Virus record (IMG/VR): IMGVR_UViG_3300012971_000027 | Coordinates: 1-45,943 of that record | Source: a virus | Lineage: Duplodnaviria > Caudoviricetes | DNA: 45,943 nt | Reading direction: 5' to 3' (one strand) | Part shown: in pieces, positions 34,518 to 44,445 of the stretch | Position numbering within the stretch: position 1 is the stretch's first letter | Layout: the number at the start of each line of letters is the position of its first letter | Program-made: the position numbers and the translations under genes | The notes under the pieces: model-generated | Told to the model about the DNA's origin: nothing | The model's input: only the letters and a program-made list of their open reading frames with translations | Databases searched by the model: none

Positions 34518-37064
34518 TCACGTTGCATAGGTATCGCGCTCGCTGATGAAGAACGGCGTGCCAGTGCCGTCAGTGATGCCAGTAATCTCGATCACATAAT
34601 CGCTCTGGCTCGCGGTGGTGAATGCAACCGTGCGGGTGATCGAGCCATCATCATTGAGCACATCAGCAACGACGCCAGTGGTGTTGCGGGTGGCTCCATA
34701 ATGCAATGCAACAGTGCACGTATGGTGCGCAGAAACGAAATTGTGCATCTTCAGCGTCACTTTGACGGCGGTAGTCGGCGAGCCAAGCAGAACGTCCGTC
34801 GAGATGTGATAGAAATTGTTGGACGCTGCGCGCGCCAATGTCACCTCGCTGTTGACCAGCGAGAAGCCAGGCATCAGATCCGTCGTCCCGGTGATCGACA
34901 CGCGGAACTGGAGCAGCGGCGCCGTACCATCGAGGAACGTCGCATCTTGCGTGAATGCCCGCCACACCGCGCCGACCTGCACCTCGTAGTGTAGATCGGT
35001 GGCCGCCGGGATGATGTGATCGGCCAGAACGTCGACGGCGCCGATGCCAGTAGCCAACTGCAGCGGTTGCAGATTGATCAAATAGTTCAGCTGCCCGCCC
35101 GGCGATTGCTGGTCGCCCCAACGGCCCCAAGTGGCATAATGCGCCATGAACCGCAGCGTGCGCCGCGACGAGGTCCAGATTTTGAAGAGCGTGCCATCGA
35201 AATACCAGAACGAGCCTTGGTGCACTTGGAACGGCGCGTCATCGTCATCGACGAAGGACAATTGGTGATCGAACGTCGAGTGCGTATGGATCGCAATGCG
35301 CTGGCCGGCGGCCAAGAATACCGGCTTGAAGTTGATGCGTAGCGGATAGACGTAGACCGGGATGTTGTAGATTTGCTGAAGCAGGTTTGAGTAATAAGGC
35401 GCGCCAGTAATTCCTATCCCCATTTGAGTGGAGGAAATCACCAGCTCGCCGGTCGAGATATGCGTTCCTGGCTGCAAAGCCGTCGGCGTTATACTGGTGG
35501 TGAAACCGGCAGAAGAAACAATGTCTCCTGCCAGGATCGGAGCCGCGTAGCACGCGGTTACGTCGTCGGCACCAAGCACGACGCGACGCAAAGTCTGGTT
35601 GCCATGATCGGGAGTACCATCGGCCAAGCAACCGGAGATCACCAGCGTGATCGGTTGCGACAGATTGGTATGCGTGAATAGCGTGAGACCCGTCAGCCAG
35701 CCGTCCTGCGCGTTGTACAGCGTTTGCGCGCAGTGATTGCCGGAATGACTAAAGTCGGTGAAGTTCTTGCCCCAATAGTTATGCGTCGTCCAATCGCGCC
35801 AGTAATATCTCCAGCGGTCTTGACCGATGCGCGGCCAATAAATGTTGTCCTCATCGTGCTGGCTCGTGTTGGCTTGATTGGTGACCGCCCAATTCTCGGC
35901 GTGCCATGGGCCGTCGAACATCAGGTTTATGATGATCGGGTCCTTGTCTCCCGTATATAGCCACACGCTCCCGGGCGGGTTCGGCAAGTAGGGCGGACCA
36001 CAGCGGAAGCGCCAACGTGCCGGGGTCAGATGCCGGCATGTGAATGTCCAATAGCCGAACGTGAGGATGCGCACCGGCGTCCAGGTCAAGTTCGGGAATG
36101 AGCAGTCGTAGCGCACGCGCGAGCCGGATGGCCTCGGCAGTGTAAAGTCGTCCCAGGTTTGCACCACCGGCTCGCTTGCATTGAGCAGCGCCAACGGCCC
36201 TACCCAGCCGGTGCCGCCGCCGGGAAACCGCAGCCCTTCCTCCACGCGCGCATTGTAAGCACCATCAATGTTAGCGGCCGTCTGGCTCTGCGAGGTATCG
36301 AGAAAGCGGTCGGTGCCGTAAAAGATGAAGGTGGCCGGACGGTGCGCGTAAGCCCACAGCTCGTTGACCAGATCGACCAGTTTCTGGAAATCAGACAGCG
36401 GCGTGTACAAAAGCAGCGACTTCGCCAGATTGGCGAGATCGGTGCGCAGCGTTGCCAACGCGCCATCGACAATGCCGCGCCATGCCTCCAGCATCGAAAC
36501 GCGCGCCGCCACGATGGCAAGATTGTCGACCTGCGTGCTGCTCGATTGAATGATGGTGAGGATGCCGGTGGGATCGGTCAGCACGTAACCGAGCAAGGTG
36601 ACATTGGCGTCGATGGCCGGGAATTGCGCGCTAGTGCTCTCGATGCCGCGCACGTAATTGACGTTGCAGTAACGGGTCTCGGTCATCGCCACGCTTTGCG
36701 GCTCAGCCAGCCCGGTATCGGCGTCGACCAAGAAATCACGCGGCTGGATGTCCTCCTGCACCGTCTGCCCCCAGGCAACGATGGCAAAATAGCGCTGCGT
36801 GGTAACGGGGCGATCGTTGAAAATGTCGAGCGAGACTACTTCCTCGCGCGCATACACCGCGCCGGTCGGCGAATAGAGACGACCGGGCGAGATCGACAGC
36901 ACCGTGGCCGAAGCCTTGGAGATAACGAAGCCAGAGTACCTGGAAAAGGTGGTGATGGTATCGACAACGACGTGATCTAGCGCTTCCTGCGTCCACTCCT
37001 CGGCATTGTTGAGATCATCGGAAGGCAGCTCTTGGTTGTCTCTGTACAGGACACGGTGTTCCAT
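34518..37064 (-). CDS. Large baseplate/tail fibre attachment protein
   Basis: Follows gpI in the gpH position; beta-rich with a short coiled coil; AAAGGA SD. Confidence 0.7.
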   Translation of the reverse strand: MEHRVLYRDNQELPSDDLNNAEEWTQEALDHVVVDTITTFSRYSGFVISKASATVLSISPGRLYSPTGAVYAREEVVSLDIFNDRPVTTQRYFAIVAWGQTVQEDIQPRDFLVDADTGLAEPQSVAMTETRYCNVNYVRGIESTSAQFPAIDANVTLLGYVLTDPTGILTIIQSSSTQVDNLAIVAARVSMLEAWRGIVDGALATLRTDLANLAKSLLLYTPLSDFQKLVDLVNELWAYAHRPATFIFYGTDRFLDTSQSQTAANIDGAYNARVEEGLRFPGGGTGWVGPLALLNASEPVVQTWDDFTLPRPSGSRVRYDCSFPNLTWTPVRILTFGYWTFTCRHLTPARWRFRCGPPYLPNPPGSVWLYTGDKDPIIINLMFDGPWHAENWAVTNQANTSQHDEDNIYWPRIGQDRWRYYWRDWTTHNYWGKNFTDFSHSGNHCAQTLYNAQDGWLTGLTLFTHTNLSQPITLVISGCLADGTPDHGNQTLRRVVLGADDVTACYAAPILAGDIVSSAGFTTSITPTALQPGTHISTGELVISSTQMGIGITGAPYYSNLLQQIYNIPVYVYPLRINFKPVFLAAGQRIAIHTHSTFDHQLSFVDDDDAPFQVHQGSFWYFDGTLFKIWTSSRRTLRFMAHYATWGRWGDQQSPGGQLNYLINLQPLQLATGIGAVDVLADHIIPAATDLHYEVQVGAVWRAFTQDATFLDGTAPLLQFRVSITGTTDLMPGFSLVNSEVTLARAASNNFYHISTDVLLGSPTTAVKVTLKMHNFVSAHHTCTVALHYGATRNTTGVVADVLNDDGSITRTVAFTTASQSDYVIEITGITDGTGTPFFISERDTYAT

Positions 37065-37134
37065 GCTATATTCCTTTAATCAGGAGTTTCCGATGCGCGA
37101 GCAGGCTTCGCGCTCTGATCACCTATATCTCCCG

Positions 37135-39045
37135 CTAATTCTCCGCGAGCTGCCCCACCGTGTGGGTGCCGTCCGGCATGAAGATATCGCGCACTTGCAG
37201 CTTGCGAACGGTCTTTGTGTTGATGAGCACGGTGTCCCTGAGCGCCATGCTCGCCGTCACGCCGCGTCGTAGCCGCAAGATTGCCTCCGGGTTGAGCTTG
37301 TGCAGATAGCGGAATTTGCCGACATAGCCCTTGCGCACACCGCTAGCATGCACGAACGGCTGCTGGTACGGCGTGCGTATCTTGATCAGCGCCTCGCACG
37401 TATATTTGGGCATGCCGAGGCGCGTTTTGCCGAGGTAGGCTTGACCGCTGCGGCGCAGCGGCGGAACGCGATCTGGATCGAACAAATACCAAACATCGTA
37501 AGTAAATTTCCAAGCCTCGCTGCGCATCGGATAAGACACGCCAACAAAACGCTTGTCGCGTCTGATCTCGAACATGCGGTAACGCTGCGTGGGATGCTTC
37601 ACAAATACGTGCTGCGGCTTCAGCTCCATCAGCTGATCGCTCGGCACGATCGTTTGATAGGTGATCTGCCCTTGCGTAAACGGTAGCGGCCCAGAGCGCG
37701 ACACAGTGATCGTGCGCAGCGCTGCCTTCTTGCCCGTGAATACCGTGTACTTCTTATTGCGCGCATCGAGAAACTTCTTTTGATTGAGATAGAAGAACAC
37801 GCGCTCGGTCAGCGGAAGCACTACCTGCTCGTCGTACTGGCTAGCTCCCGGCGTGAAGCCCCAACCTGCCGACGTGCCGGTAATAACATGCTCGATCTGC
37901 CGTACGGTGAGCGGCGTCTCGACGCCGCGGTCATACAACGTAGCGTAATGCATATAGCGGCCGCCAGTGGTCTGCGACGTCGGGTACATCTTGCGCAGCC
38001 CGTTGCCGCCGTAGCCACCGTTGCGGGCGCGCAATAGCTTGCCGATCTGCGATGGAGGCACAGCATCGCCGGTCGTGGCGAATGAATGCCCGCCCGGAAA
38101 ACAATGGTACGGCTGTTGGCCGCGCGCATAGTACGGATACATGCGCAACTGCGGATAGCGCGACAGGTACGCCTGCCGCTCGTCGGCAGTGAGCGAGCGA
38201 GTCGGAAACGTCTTGGCCGGCGGCGTGACTGCCCGCAACACCGTGCCGCCGACCGCCGTGGTGAAGTGCTTCAAGCCGAGCAACGAACCGCGTTCGTATT
38301 TGAAGGTCCATTGATTGGCGACCCAATAGCGTTTGAATTTCTCGCTCCACCAGTCTTCCCAGAGATTCGTACCCATCGCCCAGGCGAGGTACGGGAGATT
38401 GCGGTAACTGATCGCGTAAGGATCCCACTGATCACGGACCAGTTCGGCATAGATGCGCGTGAGCCGGTAGGCGTCGACGGTGGCGAGCGCCTTCTCCATT
38501 CCCGTCGCCTGCGGCCACAACACCTTCTCACCGGCCAACTCGTCGATGCCGGCATTGATCGGATCGCTGTCGACTAGCTCGATATCGAGCTTGAGGGTGC
38601 TCGCGCCAAAGAGCGCGCAATCAAGAAAATAGCCCGGCACCGGCGGACGTAAAATATATAGCGGTGGCACCAACCCGAACGCCGCCACTGCCGAGAACGC
38701 GACCGGAGTGGTAACGAGCGGCGCGCCAGTACGACCGGCAAAGGCAGCCTGCGCATTGAACGCAGAACGTATCTGCTGCCTGATGCGCAGATTAAGCCCG
38801 GGGAAAATGCCGAATGTACTGCTGCCAGCGAAGCTCGCGGTGACTGGCCAGGAAAAGCGAAAACGGGCGTTCAGCTCCGCCCAGCCGCGGAACAGCACCG
38901 GCCCGGCAATGACGTCACGATAGATGAAGCGGCCGGTGAAAAAACCCTTGCCGGCAAAAGACGGATGCGGCGTATGCGTCTGTCTGGCGCGACCGACCAG
39001 CCCGCCCGTACCGTTGAACGACGGGGTAAGATTGACGATCGGCAT
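37135..39045 (-). CDS. Baseplate/tail protein I (P2 gpI-like) with N-terminal repeat extension
   Basis: L.P.AT.MEKALA...WDPY......LPYLAWAMG..LW...W....KR..V........G...GL; preceded by ~160 aa of F.G.G.L/F repeats. Confidence 0.85.
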   Translation of the reverse strand: MPIVNLTPSFNGTGGLVGRARQTHTPHPSFAGKGFFTGRFIYRDVIAGPVLFRGWAELNARFRFSWPVTASFAGSSTFGIFPGLNLRIRQQIRSAFNAQAAFAGRTGAPLVTTPVAFSAVAAFGLVPPLYILRPPVPGYFLDCALFGASTLKLDIELVDSDPINAGIDELAGEKVLWPQATGMEKALATVDAYRLTRIYAELVRDQWDPYAISYRNLPYLAWAMGTNLWEDWWSEKFKRYWVANQWTFKYERGSLLGLKHFTTAVGGTVLRAVTPPAKTFPTRSLTADERQAYLSRYPQLRMYPYYARGQQPYHCFPGGHSFATTGDAVPPSQIGKLLRARNGGYGGNGLRKMYPTSQTTGGRYMHYATLYDRGVETPLTVRQIEHVITGTSAGWGFTPGASQYDEQVVLPLTERVFFYLNQKKFLDARNKKYTVFTGKKAALRTITVSRSGPLPFTQGQITYQTIVPSDQLMELKPQHVFVKHPTQRYRMFEIRRDKRFVGVSYPMRSEAWKFTYDVWYLFDPDRVPPLRRSGQAYLGKTRLGMPKYTCEALIKIRTPYQQPFVHASGVRKGYVGKFRYLHKLNPEAILRLRRGVTASMALRDTVLINTKTVRKLQVRDIFMPDGTHTVGQLAEN

Positions 39046-39047
39046 GC

Positions 39048-40166
39048 TTACTCGCCCACGCCCGCGTAGTGCAAGCGGATCTGGTCGACCTTGATCACGC
39101 CACTCTGGCCAACGACCACATCAGCGGTCGGCTCGAGCAGCTCGACGTTATAGACACCGGTCTGCCCCAGCGCGGTCTCGATCGAAAGGATCGTCAAATC
39201 AGCACCCAACCAGCGTATTGCCGCGACCAGATTCTGCACCGCCGTATTGACTTCGCCCATCAGTGTCGTGCTGTCGACGCCGGGAAACAGCGTGATATTG
39301 GCGCGGATATCGGTGCGGGTGATCTGCGGCCGCAGGATGCTGACAACATCGGTCAAACCCTTGCGAGCAAATCCCTTGTCGGTGATGTAATTATAGACGG
39401 CGACGATCTGCGCGTCGGTTGGCGTCGGCGAACCGGGATCGTTGGTAACTAGATCGCCGGTCAACAGGTCTATTTTGCTGTCCGGCTGGAAGTCGTCAGT
39501 CATGATCGGAATATAGACGTGGCCCGTGGCGCGCTTGGTAAATGCGGAGGCGTGCCGGATTGGTCTCTCGCCCGGCGGCATCGGCGTGCTCAGAGCCCAG
39601 AAGACATAGCTTTCGTAAGTGCCCATGCCCGGGCCGTTGAGTGAGAGGATCGACGGACTGAGCCAAATGCGAGTGCGATAGGCAGAGTCAGTCTCGTAGG
39701 ATGCCACGACCGCGCCTGCGTCAACCTGCGCCTGCGTCAGCTGATTGCCACGCACGTCGTACATCAGCCGCGGGACGCCGTACGGATAACGAGAGGCGAT
39801 GGCGTCGAGATCGCTTCCCACCGAGAAGGCAAGCGTGACAGCGCGGCAGGCTTGATTAACGCGATCCCGAACCAGGGCTTCAAAGAAGCTATTGCACTCC
39901 TGATTGATGCGGATGGGATCGAATTCAAGCTGATCGACGTCGTATTGAGCAGCGTATGGCGGATCGTAGGAAGCCCACAGCGCTTTGAAGCGCGCCATGC
40001 GGTTTGAGATCATGTCTTCGGTCGAGATCGACTGCAACACCAGCATCGGCGGCAGCAACTCCGGCCGGATCACCGTGAAGCGCGTCGGCGTCGTCGTCAC
40101 CAGATTGGAGGCAACGCTGCCGAGAGTTGCGACGTCGGCTCCGCCGGGACCGCTGCCGTTGCTCAT
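39048..40166 (-). CDS. Baseplate J-like protein
   Basis: RDRVNQA.RA..LAF..GSDLD.IA, ETD..YR.RI, YE.Y.FWAL, LTD.V. Confidence 0.9.
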   Translation of the reverse strand: MSNGSGPGGADVATLGSVASNLVTTTPTRFTVIRPELLPPMLVLQSISTEDMISNRMARFKALWASYDPPYAAQYDVDQLEFDPIRINQECNSFFEALVRDRVNQACRAVTLAFSVGSDLDAIASRYPYGVPRLMYDVRGNQLTQAQVDAGAVVASYETDSAYRTRIWLSPSILSLNGPGMGTYESYVFWALSTPMPPGERPIRHASAFTKRATGHVYIPIMTDDFQPDSKIDLLTGDLVTNDPGSPTPTDAQIVAVYNYITDKGFARKGLTDVVSILRPQITRTDIRANITLFPGVDSTTLMGEVNTAVQNLVAAIRWLGADLTILSIETALGQTGVYNVELLEPTADVVVGQSGVIKVDQIRLHYAGVGE

Positions 40167-40792
40167 CGCGAGCCAGCTCCCATCGGCTGCACATCCCAGA
40201 ACTGCCCGCCCCTGCCGACCAGACCGAACTGCTGCCTCTGGTATGGCGTGAAGTTTCCGAGATGCCCGCGCGGGTAATAGACGCCGTCATTGCGGAAGAT
40301 CAGCTGACCGAGCCGGATCAGCTCTGCCGGCACCATCGCTTCCCGCGGCGCCCACTTCGACAGCGCATTACCCATGAAGAACACGCGCTTGATCCTGTAG
40401 CGCGGTTCCCACAGATCAATGGACGTAGCGATCGCCCAGAAGAATCGCGTCACTACTCGCGGCACGACATTGCGGCCGAGAATATGCGGGACGAATGAAC
40501 CGACCCAGCGCCGCAGCACCCGCTCATGGAACGGCGTGGCGAAGATCGTCTCCAGGCACTGCTCGACGTGACGAAAGCCGCCAATCATCCGCCCGCTGCG
40601 GCGATCGACGCCATTGCCGGCCGGCGCGATGATGACATTCTTGTTGTAGAGGTCGGGCCAGATCGCGCGCAGCGTCGAGAAGAACGGAGTGATTAGCGCC
40701 GGAAAATTGGCAGTCGGATCCACCTGGACCCGCACGGAGCCAAGCCGAGTGCTAAGACCTTGATCGAGTTGGTCGAGAGTGTTGATCGGCAT
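40163..40792 (-). CDS. Baseplate wedge gpW/gp25-like protein
   Basis: GVDRRSG..I.G..HVEQ.L..IF.TP...RV.RR..GS, I..WEPR. Confidence 0.85.
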   Translation of the reverse strand: MPINTLDQLDQGLSTRLGSVRVQVDPTANFPALITPFFSTLRAIWPDLYNKNVIIAPAGNGVDRRSGRMIGGFRHVEQCLETIFATPFHERVLRRWVGSFVPHILGRNVVPRVVTRFFWAIATSIDLWEPRYRIKRVFFMGNALSKWAPREAMVPAELIRLGQLIFRNDGVYYPRGHLGNFTPYQRQQFGLVGRGGQFWDVQPMGAGSR

Positions 40793-41025
40793 TATTGGAC
40801 CGTCTCGACCTTAACGATCGCGCCCATATCGAGATAGAAACGCGCCTCAACATCGGCCAACATCACGTATTGCTTGCCGTCGCGCATGTAGGTATTCAAA
40901 CCGGTGAACTGCGGGTTGTGCGCGGCGTCGAGCACCTCGTACTCGGATCGCTGCGGTATGACGGAACCGCCCGCGCGCTTGGCGGCGAGGCGCTGCGCAT
41001 TGAGGTTGGCGATCGATGTGGGCAT
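40792..41025 (-). CDS. Hypothetical protein between gpV and gpW
   Basis: AAGGAG SD; TAATG coupling. Confidence 0.7.
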   Translation of the reverse strand: MPTSIANLNAQRLAAKRAGGSVIPQRSEYEVLDAAHNPQFTGLNTYMRDGKQYVMLADVEARFYLDMGAIVKVETVQ

Positions 41026-41038
41026 GACTGTCTCCTTT

Positions 41039-42013
41039 TCATGCGTTGTCGTCTTTGATGTCTGAATCGGCTTGCTTCTTGCTGCCGAGCTTCCACGGCA
41101 CCTGCACTCGCGGATTCTTGGTGTTGACGTAGACGCCTTCCGGCCCGGTGACGTGCGCGGTCTTCTTGCCAGACATGCTCGCTTGACCCGCTGTTAGCGC
41201 GGCGAAGAACGTCTCGTCTTTGGCCTTGAGCTTCGCGCCCTTGTCGGTGATCCCCATCCGATTGTCTTTGCCGTAGCGGTCGGTCAGCCCCTTGCTCGAG
41301 CTGGTCCGCCGTTTCATCTTGGCTTCGGAAGGGTCGTGCTGCTGGCTCTGACCGCCTTGCGCTCCACCCAGGCCGCCCGCGCCACCTCCTGCGCCGCCGC
41401 CACCGTTGCCCCCGCCGCCTCCGCCGCCGCCCATGAGCGATCCATTCTGCTGCTCCTGGTGATCTGCGGTTTGATCGGGCTTGCCGACGTAGCTCTCATG
41501 GAAGTGCTCGTCATCCTGGCCGCCCTGGCCGCCGCCGCCCGAGCCGCCGGACCCGCCGCCGCCGGAGCCGCCAGAACCACCGGAGCCGCCGCCTTGCTGG
41601 CCGCCCTGGTCCTTTGGCTTGTGCCACGAGTCAAAAAGCGCATCTTGTCCGCCTTTCTTGCCAAGGTAGAACGAATCGCCGTTGGTCTGCTTCGCCTGTG
41701 GCGGTTGCGGGAATTGCTTGCTCTCAGCGTCCGGCGAGATGGTTCGTCGACTGCCATGGCCAGTGATAGTAACGTTGGCACCCTTCTCGAAAAGCTGCTG
41801 CTCGCGCCCACCGGTACGGCCGCAATCGGTATGCAGCCATTCGCTCTCCAACGGCGAGCCATCCGGACGGATACCGTAAACAACCTTGCACTTACGCTCG
41901 CCGCCGTTCTCCTGAATTTGCGAGATGTAGCCCTTCTGCGGCGTCGCCGCATTGCGCGCGACCCGATTGGCTTCGGCAACGTAAAACATCAACCTACGAT
42001 ATTGGCTCCTCAT
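41039..42013 (-). CDS. Baseplate spike gpV-like protein with Gly-rich insertions
   Basis: Position before gpW; G.I......KV..G.....L.S.WL....G...G..V OB-fold-like pattern. Confidence 0.6.
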   Translation of the reverse strand: MRSQYRRLMFYVAEANRVARNAATPQKGYISQIQENGGERKCKVVYGIRPDGSPLESEWLHTDCGRTGGREQQLFEKGANVTITGHGSRRTISPDAESKQFPQPPQAKQTNGDSFYLGKKGGQDALFDSWHKPKDQGGQQGGGSGGSGGSGGGGSGGSGGGGQGGQDDEHFHESYVGKPDQTADHQEQQNGSLMGGGGGGGGNGGGGAGGGAGGLGGAQGGQSQQHDPSEAKMKRRTSSSKGLTDRYGKDNRMGITDKGAKLKAKDETFFAALTAGQASMSGKKTAHVTGPEGVYVNTKNPRVQVPWKLGSKKQADSDIKDDNA

Positions 42014-42705
42014 GGCTTCTTGCCTCTAACCGCTTCGCTCAACGTCAGCTTGATCTGCGCCGCCACCTTCGGGCCGATGAGCTCGACATCAAACAATTGC
42101 GATGGCGGTCCCTGCGATCCCATCGCCGTCTGCGCCTTCCACACCATGTCTTTGCGCGCCGCCTTCCACGATTGAATCGCGCAGCGGCAGTTCGGATGGA
42201 TCAGGTTGCTGCGGTCACCCGGCCCTGGCGTCCAGTCCGGATACATGGCCTGAAAGGCCGCGAACTTTGCCTGCATGTTGGCGATCTCGGCCATCGTATA
42301 TGGCGAATTCTCCGCCGCCTCGTTGCAGATATCGCAATCCCTGCCGTCGCCCTGAGTAACGATCCGCACCAGCGTGTTCTGCTGGAACGTCGAATCGTCG
42401 CGGCCGACCCATTCGCGCGACAATCGGTTGCCGACATAAAGCACGTCAGCCATCGCCGAGGCATCGACCTGGATAGTCATGTTGTCGGGCGTGGCCAGCG
42501 TGACATCGATCTGCTCGAGCACGTCGGCAACATCCATGCCGGTATAGCCGGCAATAATCTCGGCTGCCTTCTTCGCTTGCTCCTGCGCGAAGTCGTTCAG
42601 CGCCGCCGTGACCGCCGGCTTACTGGTTTTGGGTATGTCCTCGATCAGCTCACCGAGCCGCAGCAATTCGGAAACATCGGCGGTGAAGCTGAGCCAGGCG
42701 GCCAT
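42010..42705 (-). CDS. Neck/minor tail protein (lambda gpZ-like N-terminus) with MuF-like Cys motif
   Basis: A..AALN..A......A...I N-terminus; GDGRDCDIC...HPNCRC. Confidence 0.5.
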   Translation of the reverse strand: MAAWLSFTADVSELLRLGELIEDIPKTSKPAVTAALNDFAQEQAKKAAEIIAGYTGMDVADVLEQIDVTLATPDNMTIQVDASAMADVLYVGNRLSREWVGRDDSTFQQNTLVRIVTQGDGRDCDICNEAAENSPYTMAEIANMQAKFAAFQAMYPDWTPGPGDRSNLIHPNCRCAIQSWKAARKDMVWKAQTAMGSQGPPSQLFDVELIGPKVAAQIKLTLSEAVRGKKP

Positions 42706-42706
42706 C

Positions 42707-43606
42707 TCAAGGAAATGGCTTCGGCCGGTTGTCGGGCTCGTCCAACTCCGGCGTCGTCGTCACGTCGTAGAGATCGCCCTCTTCCTCGGTGGTCAGCCTT
42801 TCCAGCTCCGGCACGTCCTCGACGTCGAAGCCAGTCAGCGGTGGCTCTTCCTTACCCGGCCACGGCAGCGGTGTGCCGGTGGTCACCAGCACCTCGCGCG
42901 CGTCCTGCTTGGCCATCCCGAGATGCGCGGCGGCAACAAGCCAGTCGGGCGCACTTGGCGCTGCCATGTAATCCTCCAAGATGGGCGGCACGTCGGCCTC
43001 GCCGATCTTCGGGCTCGTGCGCGCCAGCGTCATGAAATCCCAGATCGGATGTCCTGGCACCGGCTGCACTCCCGGCGCGATGTCATAGATGGTGCTGAAC
43101 GTAAAGACGATGCGCCGGGCCGCCCAGCGCACGCCCTTCTCCGCCTGCCCGCCGCGCCGCCGCTGCATGCGCGTCACATTGCCGATCAGCCGGGTGAAAA
43201 CATTGCCCCAATCGCTGTGCGGATCGCTGATCAACGCGCCAATCACCTGGCTCTCGATGATATCGCAGGCAAACTCCATGCCGCTGTCGGTGGCGGCGAA
43301 CTTGATCACGATCGGGCCGGTAGGAACACCAGGAGCCTGCGGGCTCGGCTCGCGTATCGCGGAAGCGACGCCGATCTCGACCGAAAGCTGCAGCGCCCGG
43401 TTGCGTCCGTCGTAAACCTCGGCCTTGCCTAGCACCGGCATATCATCAGTATCAGTATAAACCACGCAGTAAGGTTTCGCCGCCTGGCCGAGCAGCGCCT
43501 CACCGAGCGGCGTCATGTCCGAATCATAGACCCTGTCCTCGCACCAGGTGCGATCGCGCAACGCGCCAACAGCGCAGATGCGGAGAATCGGACGGAGAAT
43601 GCTCAT
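42707..43606 (-). CDS. Putative tail completion/terminator protein
   Basis: ATGA overlap at 43606 (MSILRPILRI); AL..RT...DRVYDS, P..VVYTD; neck position. Confidence 0.55.
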   Translation of the reverse strand: MSILRPILRICAVGALRDRTWCEDRVYDSDMTPLGEALLGQAAKPYCVVYTDTDDMPVLGKAEVYDGRNRALQLSVEIGVASAIREPSPQAPGVPTGPIVIKFAATDSGMEFACDIIESQVIGALISDPHSDWGNVFTRLIGNVTRMQRRRGGQAEKGVRWAARRIVFTFSTIYDIAPGVQPVPGHPIWDFMTLARTSPKIGEADVPPILEDYMAAPSAPDWLVAAAHLGMAKQDAREVLVTTGTPLPWPGKEEPPLTGFDVEDVPELERLTTEEEGDLYDVTTTPELDEPDNRPKPFP

Positions 43607-44016
43607 ACATCGGCGTCCTGCACCCGGATAAGATGCACATCGGCGCGATGCGTCGCGCTCGGATTTATCCAGGCGATCTCGTACCATTCGCCGCGGTCGG
43701 GCCAAAAGACACGGTCGTGCGGCTTCCATTGCGTTATATCGCCCGACTGCAAGTCTTGAATGCTGACCCACACATCTTGCTCGATCGTGCGTAGATTGCT
43801 GCCGCCATAGGCATAAGCCCTGCCGGCCTCACCGACGATCTCGGCGCCGGGCTGCATCATCACCGCCGTCGCATGCATGATCGGCCGCGCGCTATCGGCC
43901 GCAGGATCGGTGCCTACCGTGCCAGGCGTCATCGGATGCAGCTCGACCGGCTCGCCCCAGAACTGGTCGACGAGATTGTCGAGAAACCGCTGCTGTTGCA
44001 CCCACCAAGAAACCAT
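43603..44016 (-). CDS. Putative head-closure / head-tail joining protein
   Basis: TGATG coupling at 44016; VD..WGEPV.L.P, DRV......WYEI; position. Confidence 0.55.
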   Translation of the reverse strand: MVSWWVQQQRFLDNLVDQFWGEPVELHPMTPGTVGTDPAADSARPIMHATAVMMQPGAEIVGEAGRAYAYGGSNLRTIEQDVWVSIQDLQSGDITQWKPHDRVFWPDRGEWYEIAWINPSATHRADVHLIRVQDADV

Positions 44017-44444
44017 CAGATCACCATCACCGCCGGGAAGTTCCTGTTTCGCAATTGCATGTACAGCAACCCATAAAGCGTCATCGCGTAAGTCTGGTCC
44101 ACCAGCGATGATCCCGCCCTCGCCCCGGTGAACCACTGCCGCCGGCCAAGTTGAAAATGTCGTTCGCCGATCGAAACAGACTCGACGTAGAGATCGAAGG
44201 CGCCCCCGCCGAGAGGACCGAGCGCTCCGCCAAAGGTGGCACTCGCCCGCTGCAAGAGCAGGAGCTTCAACAAATGCGCCGACCATAAGCGCCGCGCTTC
44301 CGCCGCATCTACCGCATTCGGCCAATGGCCGATGTCCACGAAGATGTCGGCGGTATTCAGAACAGCCGCGACATCGGCATCGGCAATGGACTCGAACTCG
44401 GGGAAGTGGCCTTTGAGCGCTATGACGTCCTGCGACGTGGCCAC
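44016..44444 (-). CDS. Head-tail adaptor (DUF4054-like)
   Basis: GTG 44444; FPEF, L.SAHLL, S.SIG, T.YG..Y.QL. Confidence 0.8.
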   Translation of the reverse strand: MATSQDVIALKGHFPEFESIADADVAAVLNTADIFVDIGHWPNAVDAAEARRLWSAHLLKLLLLQRASATFGGALGPLGGGAFDLYVESVSIGERHFQLGRRQWFTGARAGSSLVDQTYAMTLYGLLYMQLRNRNFPAVMVI

Positions 44445-44445
44445 G

